Assembly: GCA_009784985.1 (NCBI GenBank)
Contig: WQXF01000001.1
Location: 1,540 to 65,539 of the forward strand
Reading direction: 5' to 3'
DNA from: Clostridia bacterium
GTDB taxonomy: Bacteria; Bacillota; Clostridia; Christensenellales; Aristaeellaceae
Length of the DNA: 64,000 nt
The position numbers and the translations under genes are program-made. Under the pieces are notes generated by a model. It saw only the letters and a program-made list of their open reading frames with translations, did no database searches and was not told where the DNA came from. This document shows, one piece after another, positions 24,206 to 32,590 of this stretch. Each line of letters starts with the position of its first letter. The first letter of the stretch is position 1.

Positions 24206-26212
24206 TCATCCTTCACCAATCATTTGCAAAAACTCAGCTTCGTCGATTACCCGGACACCTAGCTTTTGCGCCTTGGCCAGCTTGTTTCCGGCGGCCTCAC
24301 CGGCCAGCACCAGGCCGGTTTTGGCCGATACGCTGGACACGGTTTTGCCGCCGTGGGCTTCGATCAGTTTTTCGGCCTCGCTGCGGGCAAGGGTGGGCAG
24401 TGTGCCGGTGAGAACCACGGTGAGGCCACTGAGCGCACCTTGTTTTAATTCGGCCTGCATGGGTTGCGGCGACACCCCAGCCTCCAGCAGCCGCCGCACC
24501 AACGCCCGGTTTTCCGGCTGGGCAAAGTATTCTACGATGCTAGCCGCTACCACCTGGCCTACTTCATCTACTTGTTGCAGCGTCTCCTCGCTTGCCGAGG
24601 AGAGGGCCTCCAACGTGCCAAAGGCCCGGGCCAAATCCCGGGCGGTTTTGCGGCCCACGTTTGGGATGCCCAGCGCAAATAAAAAGGCATCCAGCGGGCA
24701 ATCTCGGCTTTTTTGCAGTTCTTGTTGCAGCTTATCGGCCTTTTTTGCGCCAAAGCCCCGCAGGGCTATCATCGCTTCAGGGGTCAAAACGTACAGACCG
24801 GCGGGATCGCGCAGGCTCAGTTCGTCGTAAAACAGCTCGGCGGTTTTTTCGCTGAAGGCCTCGATGTCCATGGCGTCGCGACAGGCAAAATGGGCCAGCC
24901 GTGCCACGGTCTGCGGGCGGCAAGTGTTGCGATTTAGGCAAAATAAATGCGCTCCTCGCTCGGCCAGGGGTTGTCCGCAGGCCGGGCAGGCGGCGGGCGG
25001 TTCGATGTTGCGCCGGCCTTCGGTAGTGTCTTCATCTACCACGCCCAATATCTCCGGGATTACGTCGTTGGAGCGGCGCACCCACACCCGCGCGCCGATG
25101 CGTATTTTTTTGCGCTGGATATCACCCCAGTTATTGAGGGTGGCCCGCTGGATCGTGGCTCCAGCTAACTCAACGGGAGCCAGATGAGCCAGGGGCGTAA
25201 GCTTGCCGGTGCGGCCCAACTCCCAGGTTATGTCCAGCAGCTCGGTGGTGGTCTCTTCGGCTTCGAATTTATAGGCCACCGCCCAGCGGGGGAATTTGTC
25301 GGTATAACCCAGGACGTTTCGGGTAGCTTCGTCGCAGATTTTGATCACTGCGCCGTCGATCAGGAAGTCCAGCTCGTTTCGGCGGGCGTCGATATCCTGC
25401 ACTAGTTGCAACGCTTCATCAACTGAATGGGCGATCTGAAAGTAGGGGCTCACCGGCAGTTGATTCTCTTGAATAAAGGCCATCATCTCGCGATGATCGG
25501 CAAAACTTTTTTCTTCAATATAACCCACTTGATAAAAGAAAACGTCTAACGAACGCTCCGCCGTTACTTGAGGATCCAGGTTGCGCAGCGCACCGGCCGC
25601 GCCATTGCGGGCGTTTTTCAGTGGCTCAGCGTGGGTTTTGTTGTATGCTTCCAAAACAGAAAGGCGCATGATTGCCTCGCCGCGCACCTCCATGCGACCA
25701 GCAAACGAAACCCGCTCCGGCACATGACGCACGGCCCGTGCTTGGGCGAGAACCGCCTCGCCCACCTCGCCGTTGCCCCGGGTGGCGGCCTGGGTTAGCA
25801 CGCCGCCCTCGTAGGTGAGGTTGATGGCGATGCCGTCGAACTTATACTCTACGGCATAACACAAAGGCGGGAGCGACCCATCCTTCTCCCGTAGTTTTTC
25901 GCAACGGTTTGCCCAGTCGGCCAGTTCTTGGGGGGACTGGGTCTTGCCCAAACTCCACAGGCGAGCCAGGTGCCGGTGGGGCGCAAAGGCCGCAAGGGTT
26001 GCTCCGCCCACCTGACGGGTGGGGGAGTCGGGCAATCGCACACCGGTTTCTTCTTCCAAACGCCACAGATTATCGTAAAGGGCGTCCCACTCTTTATCCG
26101 ATATCAGCGGTTGATCCAGCACGTAATAAGCGTGGGCGGTTTCGTTCAGGCGATCCACCAACGTGCGCATGCCTTCCGGCTCGGGTGCGTTGGTGGCGGT
26201 TTTATGTTCCAT
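24206..26212 (-). CDS. ligA: NAD-dependent DNA ligase
   Basis: The KxDG adenylation motif is present (EYKFDGIAI). There is a Zn finger CPACGQPL...C, HhH repeats and a C-terminal BRCT. Confidence 0.95.
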   Translation of the reverse strand: MEHKTATNAPEPEGMRTLVDRLNETAHAYYVLDQPLISDKEWDALYDNLWRLEEETGVRLPDSPTRQVGGATLAAFAPHRHLARLWSLGKTQSPQELADWANRCEKLREKDGSLPPLCYAVEYKFDGIAINLTYEGGVLTQAATRGNGEVGEAVLAQARAVRHVPERVSFAGRMEVRGEAIMRLSVLEAYNKTHAEPLKNARNGAAGALRNLDPQVTAERSLDVFFYQVGYIEEKSFADHREMMAFIQENQLPVSPYFQIAHSVDEALQLVQDIDARRNELDFLIDGAVIKICDEATRNVLGYTDKFPRWAVAYKFEAEETTTELLDITWELGRTGKLTPLAHLAPVELAGATIQRATLNNWGDIQRKKIRIGARVWVRRSNDVIPEILGVVDEDTTEGRRNIEPPAACPACGQPLAERGAHLFCLNRNTCRPQTVARLAHFACRDAMDIEAFSEKTAELFYDELSLRDPAGLYVLTPEAMIALRGFGAKKADKLQQELQKSRDCPLDAFLFALGIPNVGRKTARDLARAFGTLEALSSASEETLQQVDEVGQVVAASIVEYFAQPENRALVRRLLEAGVSPQPMQAELKQGALSGLTVVLTGTLPTLARSEAEKLIEAHGGKTVSSVSAKTGLVLAGEAAGNKLAKAQKLGVRVIDEAEFLQMIGEG

Positions 26213-26257
26213 GCGCGACGCTCACTCCTTCAATCGGCGGTAAGACGATGGTGGGGG

Positions 26258-26340
26258 CAGCGGGACGCCGAGGGCGGCGTCCCCTACAGGGTTACGGCCA
26301 TGCGTTTCTGTAGGGGATGCCGCCCTCGGCATCCCGCCGC
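26258..26340. repeat. GC-rich nested palindromic repeat, copy 2 (inverted relative to copy 1), between pcrA and ligA
   Basis: gcagcgggacgccgagggcggcgtcccctac ... gtaggggatgccgccctcggcatcccgccgc. The central spacer is the reverse complement of the spacer in copy 1. Confidence 0.8.
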
Positions 26341-26351
26341 TTTTGCCTAAT

Positions 26352-28625
26352 CTATTTTGCAACTTTTACAATGGGCGCGATGGATATAGCAAATTCCTTT
26401 GCGCCGTAAGCGGCAAATTCAATGGTAATGCGGGCGTCGGCGCCTTTGCCGTTAAGACCGGTGACATTGCCTTCGCCAAATTTTTTGTGCAGAACCCGGT
26501 CGCCCACGTCAAACAACGTGGGCCCAACCGCCTGCCCGGCAGCAATGGAAGGCACCATCACCGCGTTGCCAAAGCCCTTTTGTACGCCAGGTATGCGCAG
26601 CGTGCCTGCACGGCCGCCGCCAAAGTCGGTGATGGGTTGGCGTTGGGCGCGGGCGCTTTGTGGCTCCCGGCGCTCCTGGCCGGTAGAAGGGAAAGCCGTT
26701 TCCTTGCGTAAGGCGCCGCTTTCGTCCAGCAGCCGCCGGGGAATTTCACTTAAGAAGGGGGAAGGGGGATTGTGCAGCATTTGGTTAAACAGCATGCGTT
26801 GGGTGGCGTGGGAAAGGTGCAGCATATCCCTGGCGCGGGTGATGCCCACATAGCATAGACGGCGCTCCTCTTCCAAACGTTCCGGGTCCATCAGCGACCG
26901 GCCGCTGGGGAAGATGCCCTCCTCCATGCCGGTGATAAACACGATAGAGAATTCCAGGCCCTTGGCGCTGTGCAGCGTCATCATGGTAACGGATCGTTGC
27001 TCGCCTTGCAGGCCGTCTAGATCAGTCACTAAAGCAACGTTCTCTAAAAAGCCTTCTAAAGTGGGCTCCTCGGCCTTTTGTGCAAATTCCTGTACCGCGC
27101 CGCCGAATTCCTTCATGTTTTCCAGCCGGTTTTGCGCTTCTTCGGTACGCTCCCGCTCATATTGGGCGGCCAGCCCGGTTTCTTCGATCAGCAAGTCTAC
27201 AAAGGCGGGCAACTCCATGGTGTGGCGCAGGGCGGTGAGTTTGGTGAGCAGTTGGGCAAAATCGCCTACGCACTTGCGGGCACGGGAGGCTAGGGATTCC
27301 GGTGGCTCCAGCATCGCCGAAAAAAGCGAATACTGCTTTCGTTCGGCATGGCCTACCAGCTCTGCGATCGTAGCATCGCCAATGGAGCGTTTGGGTTGGT
27401 TGATGATCCGGCGCAGGGACACGTCGTCGGCGGGATTAACGATCACCCGCAGATAGGCCACGATGTCGCGAATCTCCTTGCGGTCGTAAAAGCGTGTGCC
27501 GCCAAATACCCGGTAGGGGATGCCCGCGCGCACCATCATTTCTTCCAGCACGCGGGATTGGGCGTTGACCCGGTACAGCACCGACATCTTTTGATAGCTA
27601 TGGCCCGCTTGGGTGAGCTGATGCATACGGTCGCAGACCCAGGCGGCTTCCTCCCGCTCGTCTCCGGCCTTAAACAGGCAGATGGGCCGCCCTTCGCCGC
27701 GTTCGGTCCACAGGGCTTTCTCTTTTCGGCCCTCGTTGCGGGCGATCACGTTGTTGGCGGCATCCAATATATTGGCGGTGGAGCGATAGTTCTGCTCCAG
27801 CTTGATCACCGTGCACGGGGCAAAATCCTGCTCAAAATCCAATATATTGCGCAGATCAGCGCCCCGCCAGCCGTAGATGGACTGATCGTCGTCACCTACC
27901 ACGCATAAGTTTTGATGGGTGGCAGCCAGCAGTTTGATCAGCATGTACTGGGCATAGTTCGTATCCTGGTACTCATCTACGTGGATGTATTCAAAGCGCT
28001 GCTGATAGGCCTCCAACACCGGCGGGTGGGCGGCGAACAACTCTAGGGTTTTGACCAGCAGATCGTCAAAATCCAGGGCGTTGGCGGCACGGAGCCGCTC
28101 CTCGTAAGCCACGAACAGATCGTGGACCATTTGCATGCGAAAATCCCGGCTGGAAGCGGCAAACCACTCGTCCGGGCTGAGCAATTTGTTTTTTGCATCA
28201 GAAATCTTTGACTTAACCTCCCGGGGGGGAAGCAGCTTATCATCAATGTTTTGTTTTTTGAGCAGCTCCTTAATCAGGGTCATCTGATCGTCGTCATCGT
28301 AGATGGTGAAGGCACGGGTATACCCCAGTTTGTCGATGTCCCGGCGCAACATCCGGGCGCAACAAGCATGGAAGGTACACACCCAGGCTTCGGCGGCGGC
28401 CTGGGGAGCCAGGGAATCCACCCGCTCCCGCATCTCGCGGGCGGCTTTGTTGGTAAAGGTGATGGCAAGGATCCGGTAGGAGGGGACGCCCTTGTCCAGC
28501 AGGTTGGCGATGCGATAGGTTAGCGCCCGCGTTTTGCCGGAGCCGGCCCCGGCCAATATCAGCAGCGGGCCCTCGGTGGTTTCCGCCGCCAGCCGCTGCT
28601 GCGGGTTGAGCATGCTCAAGTCCAT
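26352..28625 (-). CDS. pcrA: ATP-dependent DNA helicase PcrA (UvrD/Rep family)
   Basis: Motifs: AGAGSGKTRAL, DEYQDTN, TLHSAKGLEF, VGITRA. The ATG at 28625 follows GGAGGGAAAGG and shares one nucleotide with the yerC stop (TAATG). Confidence 0.9.
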   Translation of the reverse strand: MDLSMLNPQQRLAAETTEGPLLILAGAGSGKTRALTYRIANLLDKGVPSYRILAITFTNKAAREMRERVDSLAPQAAAEAWVCTFHACCARMLRRDIDKLGYTRAFTIYDDDDQMTLIKELLKKQNIDDKLLPPREVKSKISDAKNKLLSPDEWFAASSRDFRMQMVHDLFVAYEERLRAANALDFDDLLVKTLELFAAHPPVLEAYQQRFEYIHVDEYQDTNYAQYMLIKLLAATHQNLCVVGDDDQSIYGWRGADLRNILDFEQDFAPCTVIKLEQNYRSTANILDAANNVIARNEGRKEKALWTERGEGRPICLFKAGDEREEAAWVCDRMHQLTQAGHSYQKMSVLYRVNAQSRVLEEMMVRAGIPYRVFGGTRFYDRKEIRDIVAYLRVIVNPADDVSLRRIINQPKRSIGDATIAELVGHAERKQYSLFSAMLEPPESLASRARKCVGDFAQLLTKLTALRHTMELPAFVDLLIEETGLAAQYERERTEEAQNRLENMKEFGGAVQEFAQKAEEPTLEGFLENVALVTDLDGLQGEQRSVTMMTLHSAKGLEFSIVFITGMEEGIFPSGRSLMDPERLEEERRLCYVGITRARDMLHLSHATQRMLFNQMLHNPPSPFLSEIPRRLLDESGALRKETAFPSTGQERREPQSARAQRQPITDFGGGRAGTLRIPGVQKGFGNAVMVPSIAAGQAVGPTLFDVGDRVLHKKFGEGNVTGLNGKGADARITIEFAAYGAKEFAISIAPIVKVAK

Positions 28626-28945
28626 TACGCCTTTCCCTCCATTCCCTTTCCAACAACTCGGTCTAGCACGGTGTTGTATCCATCGGAGCCGTAAGTTAAA
28701 CAACGATTGACCCGGCTGATGGTGGCGGTGCTTGCGCCGGTTTCGCCTGCAATATCTTGATACGTAATTTGCTCACGGAGCAGGCGCGCCACCTCGATCC
28801 GCTGGGCCATTGCTTGCACCTCGGTGATGGTGCAAAGGTCGTCCAGCAGTTGATAACACTCCTGTGGGGTTTCCAGGGCGAGCAGCACGCGCACCAGCAG
28901 GTCGGTTTGGGGATTCCTGCGCGGCATCTCTTTTTTGTCCTTCAT
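28625..28945 (-). CDS. yerC: YerC/YecD family TrpR-like protein
   Basis: The sequence CTITEVQAMAQRIEVARLL...YQDIAGETGASTATISRVNRCL is typical of the family. Confidence 0.8.
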   Translation of the reverse strand: MKDKKEMPRRNPQTDLLVRVLLALETPQECYQLLDDLCTITEVQAMAQRIEVARLLREQITYQDIAGETGASTATISRVNRCLTYGSDGYNTVLDRVVGKGMEGKA

Positions 28946-29275
28946 TTTGAGGAGCCTCCATTATGCTCTTAGTATAAAAAGCCGCCAAAGGCGCCCGACC
29001 TTCGGCATGCTCCGTGGCGCGGAATATAAAAAGAGTATAACATAAATTGGCCGGAAAAGGAAGGTCTGGCGGCTTTTTTTATAGAGAAAGCGGGGTTTTG
29101 CCAACCGGGCGCTTCCATAGTTTTCCCATTTTGGTGTGGTGTATGCGGGGTGGGGGCGTTGTTGGTCGGTTTATGCATGTTGGTGTGTAAAAAGAATGCC
29201 TTTGGTTCATTTGCCAAAGTGCTTGTGTTCAGTCATTGAGTGTGCTACTATATATAGTGTCATGGAGCTGTGGCA

Positions 29276-29953
29276 ATGCGGGAAAATCCTAATTTATGGG
29301 AGCGCCAAATGAAACATGAAAAAATGATACTCGTTGAAGGTGTATCAAATGCAGGAAAAACTGCTCTTTGTAAAGGCTTATCCGAAACCTACGGATTTGT
29401 AGTCATACCAGAAGGTATCAGGTATCTTGAAAAACAAACTGGAAAATTTGAGGCTGAACTAATGAGCATACCTACAACCCTAGAAATTGAATGCAATAAT
29501 CAGAAAACTCTTTTCGATATGGAGCTGCAAAGAATTATTGATGCTAATCGCCTTTTGTCGAAAAGCACCAGCGTTGTTATCGACAAATCCGCTCTTTCCA
29601 TTATGTCGACGGCGTTGGCTTTTGAAAAAATAAAAGGACTTAAAGGTGCATTTGACCATGTGAATGTTTTGTACAGTAAGTATAGAGAGGATATTTTGCA
29701 ACAATCTTTAAGAGAGCCAAATGGTATCGTCTTATTATCCGTTTCTCATGATAGTGCGAGGGCTAGGAATGCTAAGCGAAGCCACGTTCTAGAAGCGGAT
29801 TGGATTTCGGAAAAAATCCAAACAATTCAAGATGGATTTTTGAAAAACTGGATATCAAACATGCAGATTCCATCCATAATCATCGATACTTCTCCAAAAA
29901 GTTTGCTGGAGGTATTGGATGAGGTTGCTCGGTTCATTTTTAACTTAGAGTAA
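29276..29953 (+). CDS. P-loop NTPase with nucleoside/nucleotide-kinase-like architecture (function unknown)
   Basis: Walker A GVSNAGKT lies close to the N-terminus, with a hhhhD element VVIDKS and an Arg/Lys-rich lid-like segment SARARNAKRSH. Alternative start at 29309 (MKHEKMILVEG, with TGGGAG 6 nt upstream). AT-rich codon usage. Confidence 0.6.
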   Translation: MRENPNLWERQMKHEKMILVEGVSNAGKTALCKGLSETYGFVVIPEGIRYLEKQTGKFEAELMSIPTTLEIECNNQKTLFDMELQRIIDANRLLSKSTSVVIDKSALSIMSTALAFEKIKGLKGAFDHVNVLYSKYREDILQQSLREPNGIVLLSVSHDSARARNAKRSHVLEADWISEKIQTIQDGFLKNWISNMQIPSIIIDTSPKSLLEVLDEVARFIFNLE

Positions 29954-29974
29954 TAGCAGGCGAGGTAAGTATTA

Positions 29975-30880
29975 ATGGTAGATTTGCATTGCCATACGAA
30001 ACATTCCGACGGGACATGGAATACCGTACAGCTCTTGCAGCAAGCAGAGAGGAAAGGAATTACTCTTCTGTCGATTACAGATCATGACACATTAGAGTCC
30101 TATTTTGATTTGTTTGGTATGGATTATTCACAATACTACTCAGGGGAAATTCTTGTCGGTTGTGAGTTTGCTGCCGTTTTTAATGGCATAAGAATTGAAT
30201 TGCTGGGATATAGCTTCGACTTATTCGTTGTTCAAAAATGGCTAGATGATTTCTATCGGAGGGTAGAGAAAAAAAAGAGCTTTTGCGAAGAGTACGATCA
30301 ATTATTGGCGTTGTGCAAAAAACATAATGTAGCTGTAGATGCTGGTGATATGATTAATCCATCTATAGAGTATCCAATAGCAGCAATACATAGAAATATC
30401 AAGCAGCACCCGCAAAATCGCCATTTATTTGATAGAGCGAGTTGGGTTAGCCAAGAAGTTTTTTTCAGAAACTGCACGTGCAATGTTAATTTTCCTTTGC
30501 ATTTAGAGTGCTCTACTCAAGTTCCGAAAGCAGAAGATATTGCAGACGTTATTAGAGAAGCTGGGGGTTTTGTTTTTCTTGCGCATGCTTTTGCTTATTC
30601 TTTGAGTGATTACAATGCTTTTCTAAATCAAATAGCCGATGCAAGAGGGATTGATGGTTTAGAAGTGTATTGCTCAAAGCATAGTACAAGCCAAGCAAAT
30701 TATTTGAGCAATTTTTGTCGAAAGAGGGGACTGCTAGTATCTGGTGGTTCAGATTGTCATGGAATGAAGAATCCGTCAAGAAAGCTAGGCACTGGTTTTG
30801 GAGGTTTATGTGTGAATGAAAAGGAAATAATGGCTTGGGCCGGACAAAGGAATTCAGATCAATATAAAGTGCACAACTAG
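29975..30880 (+). CDS. PHP-domain phosphoesterase, TrpH/YciV-like
   Basis: Motifs MVDLHCHTKHSDG, ITDHD, FLAHAF and GGSDCHG. GAGGT lies 9 nt before the ATG, 22 nt after the preceding gene. Confidence 0.7.
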   Translation: MVDLHCHTKHSDGTWNTVQLLQQAERKGITLLSITDHDTLESYFDLFGMDYSQYYSGEILVGCEFAAVFNGIRIELLGYSFDLFVVQKWLDDFYRRVEKKKSFCEEYDQLLALCKKHNVAVDAGDMINPSIEYPIAAIHRNIKQHPQNRHLFDRASWVSQEVFFRNCTCNVNFPLHLECSTQVPKAEDIADVIREAGGFVFLAHAFAYSLSDYNAFLNQIADARGIDGLEVYCSKHSTSQANYLSNFCRKRGLLVSGGSDCHGMKNPSRKLGTGFGGLCVNEKEIMAWAGQRNSDQYKVHN

Positions 30881-30906
30881 AGATAGTTGCGTTTTCTTCA
30901 GAAATA

Positions 30907-32367
30907 TTACCTTGCTGTTTTATGTTTTTTTAATTGCAAGTTTATTAGGCTATATATCGGCCCTAGGTTAGATAAGAGAAAAGCAAAGGCTGTTGAAAAA
31001 AGCAAAGATATCCTCTTTGGCTTATTCATTCCGTGCATATATGCAATTTTTAAAGGATAAGTATATGTGCATGCTATCATGAAAATATAGGCGGCCAGTG
31101 CTGAAGTAAGTGCGATTACATTTGTTGCGCATATTGAATAAATGAAGGATAGAACGACACAAAAAGGGAAAAAGAGCCACGACAGGGTTCCGCGAATTTG
31201 ATTCAGCCAAAAAAGGAAACCGCTCAATGTACGACGGCCGCTTTTTTCGACAATGGAATTGTATATGCTTGTGAATTGAAAAGCAGTTCTAAACCATACG
31301 GCATGCTGTTTGACTTGGGTACGTAGATAATTTGGAGTTTCGGCCAACTCCAATGAAGGAAGGGCGCAAACGAAAATGTTTTCGTGTCGCAGATAGAAGC
31401 TCATGTATATATCTTCACACCAAAAGTCTGTTTGAAATCCTCCCATTTCTAACAATTTATCCAATCTAACGAACATACCATGTCCCACTACATGATTTCG
31501 TAGCAATTGTGAGCGCATAAAGCTATTCATGAGTCCATTCCTTAGTTCAAAATTTGATTGGTACATAGCAAACCCCTTCATTATTGGGGATAAAGCATTT
31601 ACATTTGATATCATGATTGAGTATTGTTGCATAATTACAGGATTTTTATTGAGATGAATACACTTTAATGTATCCCTAAAAGTCTCTTTATCAGGCATGC
31701 TGTCAGCATTGTATACGCAAATATATCTTTTCTCTTTAGGAATAGGGGAGGGGAGCAGCTCTTCCAGATTTCCTAATAGAAAATTCAATTGGTCGGCCAT
31801 GTACCCATTATTATGCGGGTAGTGAATGATGTGCAATCTATCCTCAAGGTGAAGTCTTTTAATGAAGCGCTGAACAATTTCAAAAGTGCTGGGTGCAATA
31901 TGTATCGCTTCTTCTACGGCAGATACTGTTTTGTCAGGATTGTGCTTACAGAAAATCTGTAATGCTTTTAGATTGGATGTGGGCAAAATGGTGTTATACT
32001 TGTTAATCAAAACACTAATATCCACATTGCGCATCAGGTCTTTGACGAGCGCTTGCTTATTTGCTAGGTTTGCTTGTTTTTCATAGCTTTCTTTTTCAGT
32101 AGTGACAACAATGATCGATATGTTTAAATGCGCTGGTGCTATTTTTAGAAAATGCAAGAGCGTTGTCTCAATTATATCCTGCTCCCTTAAGCAAGGAATG
32201 ACGACCGATATTTGACAATCGCTGCTGAGGGGTGCAGAAAGGTACCGCATTTTTAGCTCCTTGTATTTTTTGCAAAACACAGAAGACTTTACCCAATTCC
32301 AAATGCCGATGAGTAGTTCCAGCAGAAGGAAGATTTGAAGGAAGAGCGGAATATAATTTCTTAACAT
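30907..32367 (-). CDS. Family 2 glycosyltransferase with N- and C-terminal TM segments (synthase-like)
   Basis: An N-terminal TM is followed by ISVVIPCLREQDIIETT and a DxD-like YNADS. WCEDIYMSFYL precedes QHAVWFR, which resembles the Q(R/Q)xRW region. Four to five C-terminal TM helices. AT-rich. Confidence 0.65.
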   Translation of the reverse strand: MLRNYIPLFLQIFLLLELLIGIWNWVKSSVFCKKYKELKMRYLSAPLSSDCQISVVIPCLREQDIIETTLLHFLKIAPAHLNISIIVVTTEKESYEKQANLANKQALVKDLMRNVDISVLINKYNTILPTSNLKALQIFCKHNPDKTVSAVEEAIHIAPSTFEIVQRFIKRLHLEDRLHIIHYPHNNGYMADQLNFLLGNLEELLPSPIPKEKRYICVYNADSMPDKETFRDTLKCIHLNKNPVIMQQYSIMISNVNALSPIMKGFAMYQSNFELRNGLMNSFMRSQLLRNHVVGHGMFVRLDKLLEMGGFQTDFWCEDIYMSFYLRHENIFVCALPSLELAETPNYLRTQVKQHAVWFRTAFQFTSIYNSIVEKSGRRTLSGFLFWLNQIRGTLSWLFFPFCVVLSFIYSICATNVIALTSALAAYIFMIACTYTYPLKIAYMHGMNKPKRISLLFSTAFAFLLSNLGPIYSLINLQLKKHKTAR

Positions 32368-32509
32368 GGTTAGGACGTCAAGCCTCCCAATTCAGCGTTT
32401 TGATCATTGATGGAAAGAATAAGCAATGGTATATTAGCACACAACCAATTATGATGCAAGACCCCTTTAAGGCGGTTTGTTTTCATCTTCCGAAAACGTG
32501 CATAAACCC

Positions 32510-32560
32510 TTGCGCGATAAAGCCATTTATGCTACACTACGCATGAAGAAAACGTTTTAT
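32510..32560 (+). promoter_or_regulatory. Putative promoter and LacI-type operator upstream of the GH94 gene
   Basis: TTGCGC (32510-32515), a 17-nt spacer, then TACACT (32533-32538). The palindrome AAAACGTTTT (32549-32558) matches the CG-centred core of LacI/GalR-family operators. A LacI regulator is encoded downstream. Confidence 0.45.
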
Positions 32561-32590
32561 TACATGCGAAAACTTCATAGGAGGAGCGTT

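Noticed and set aside
28975-29085. Long-range complementarity (gccgcca..gaccttc / gaaggtc..tggcggc) with T-runs on both strands in the yerC upstream region, considered as a terminator or leader structure.
   Set aside because: The arms are ~60 nt apart. A plausible yerC promoter (extended -10 TGTTATACT on the minus strand) lies between them, so both arms would not be on one transcript. No plus-strand gene ends here.
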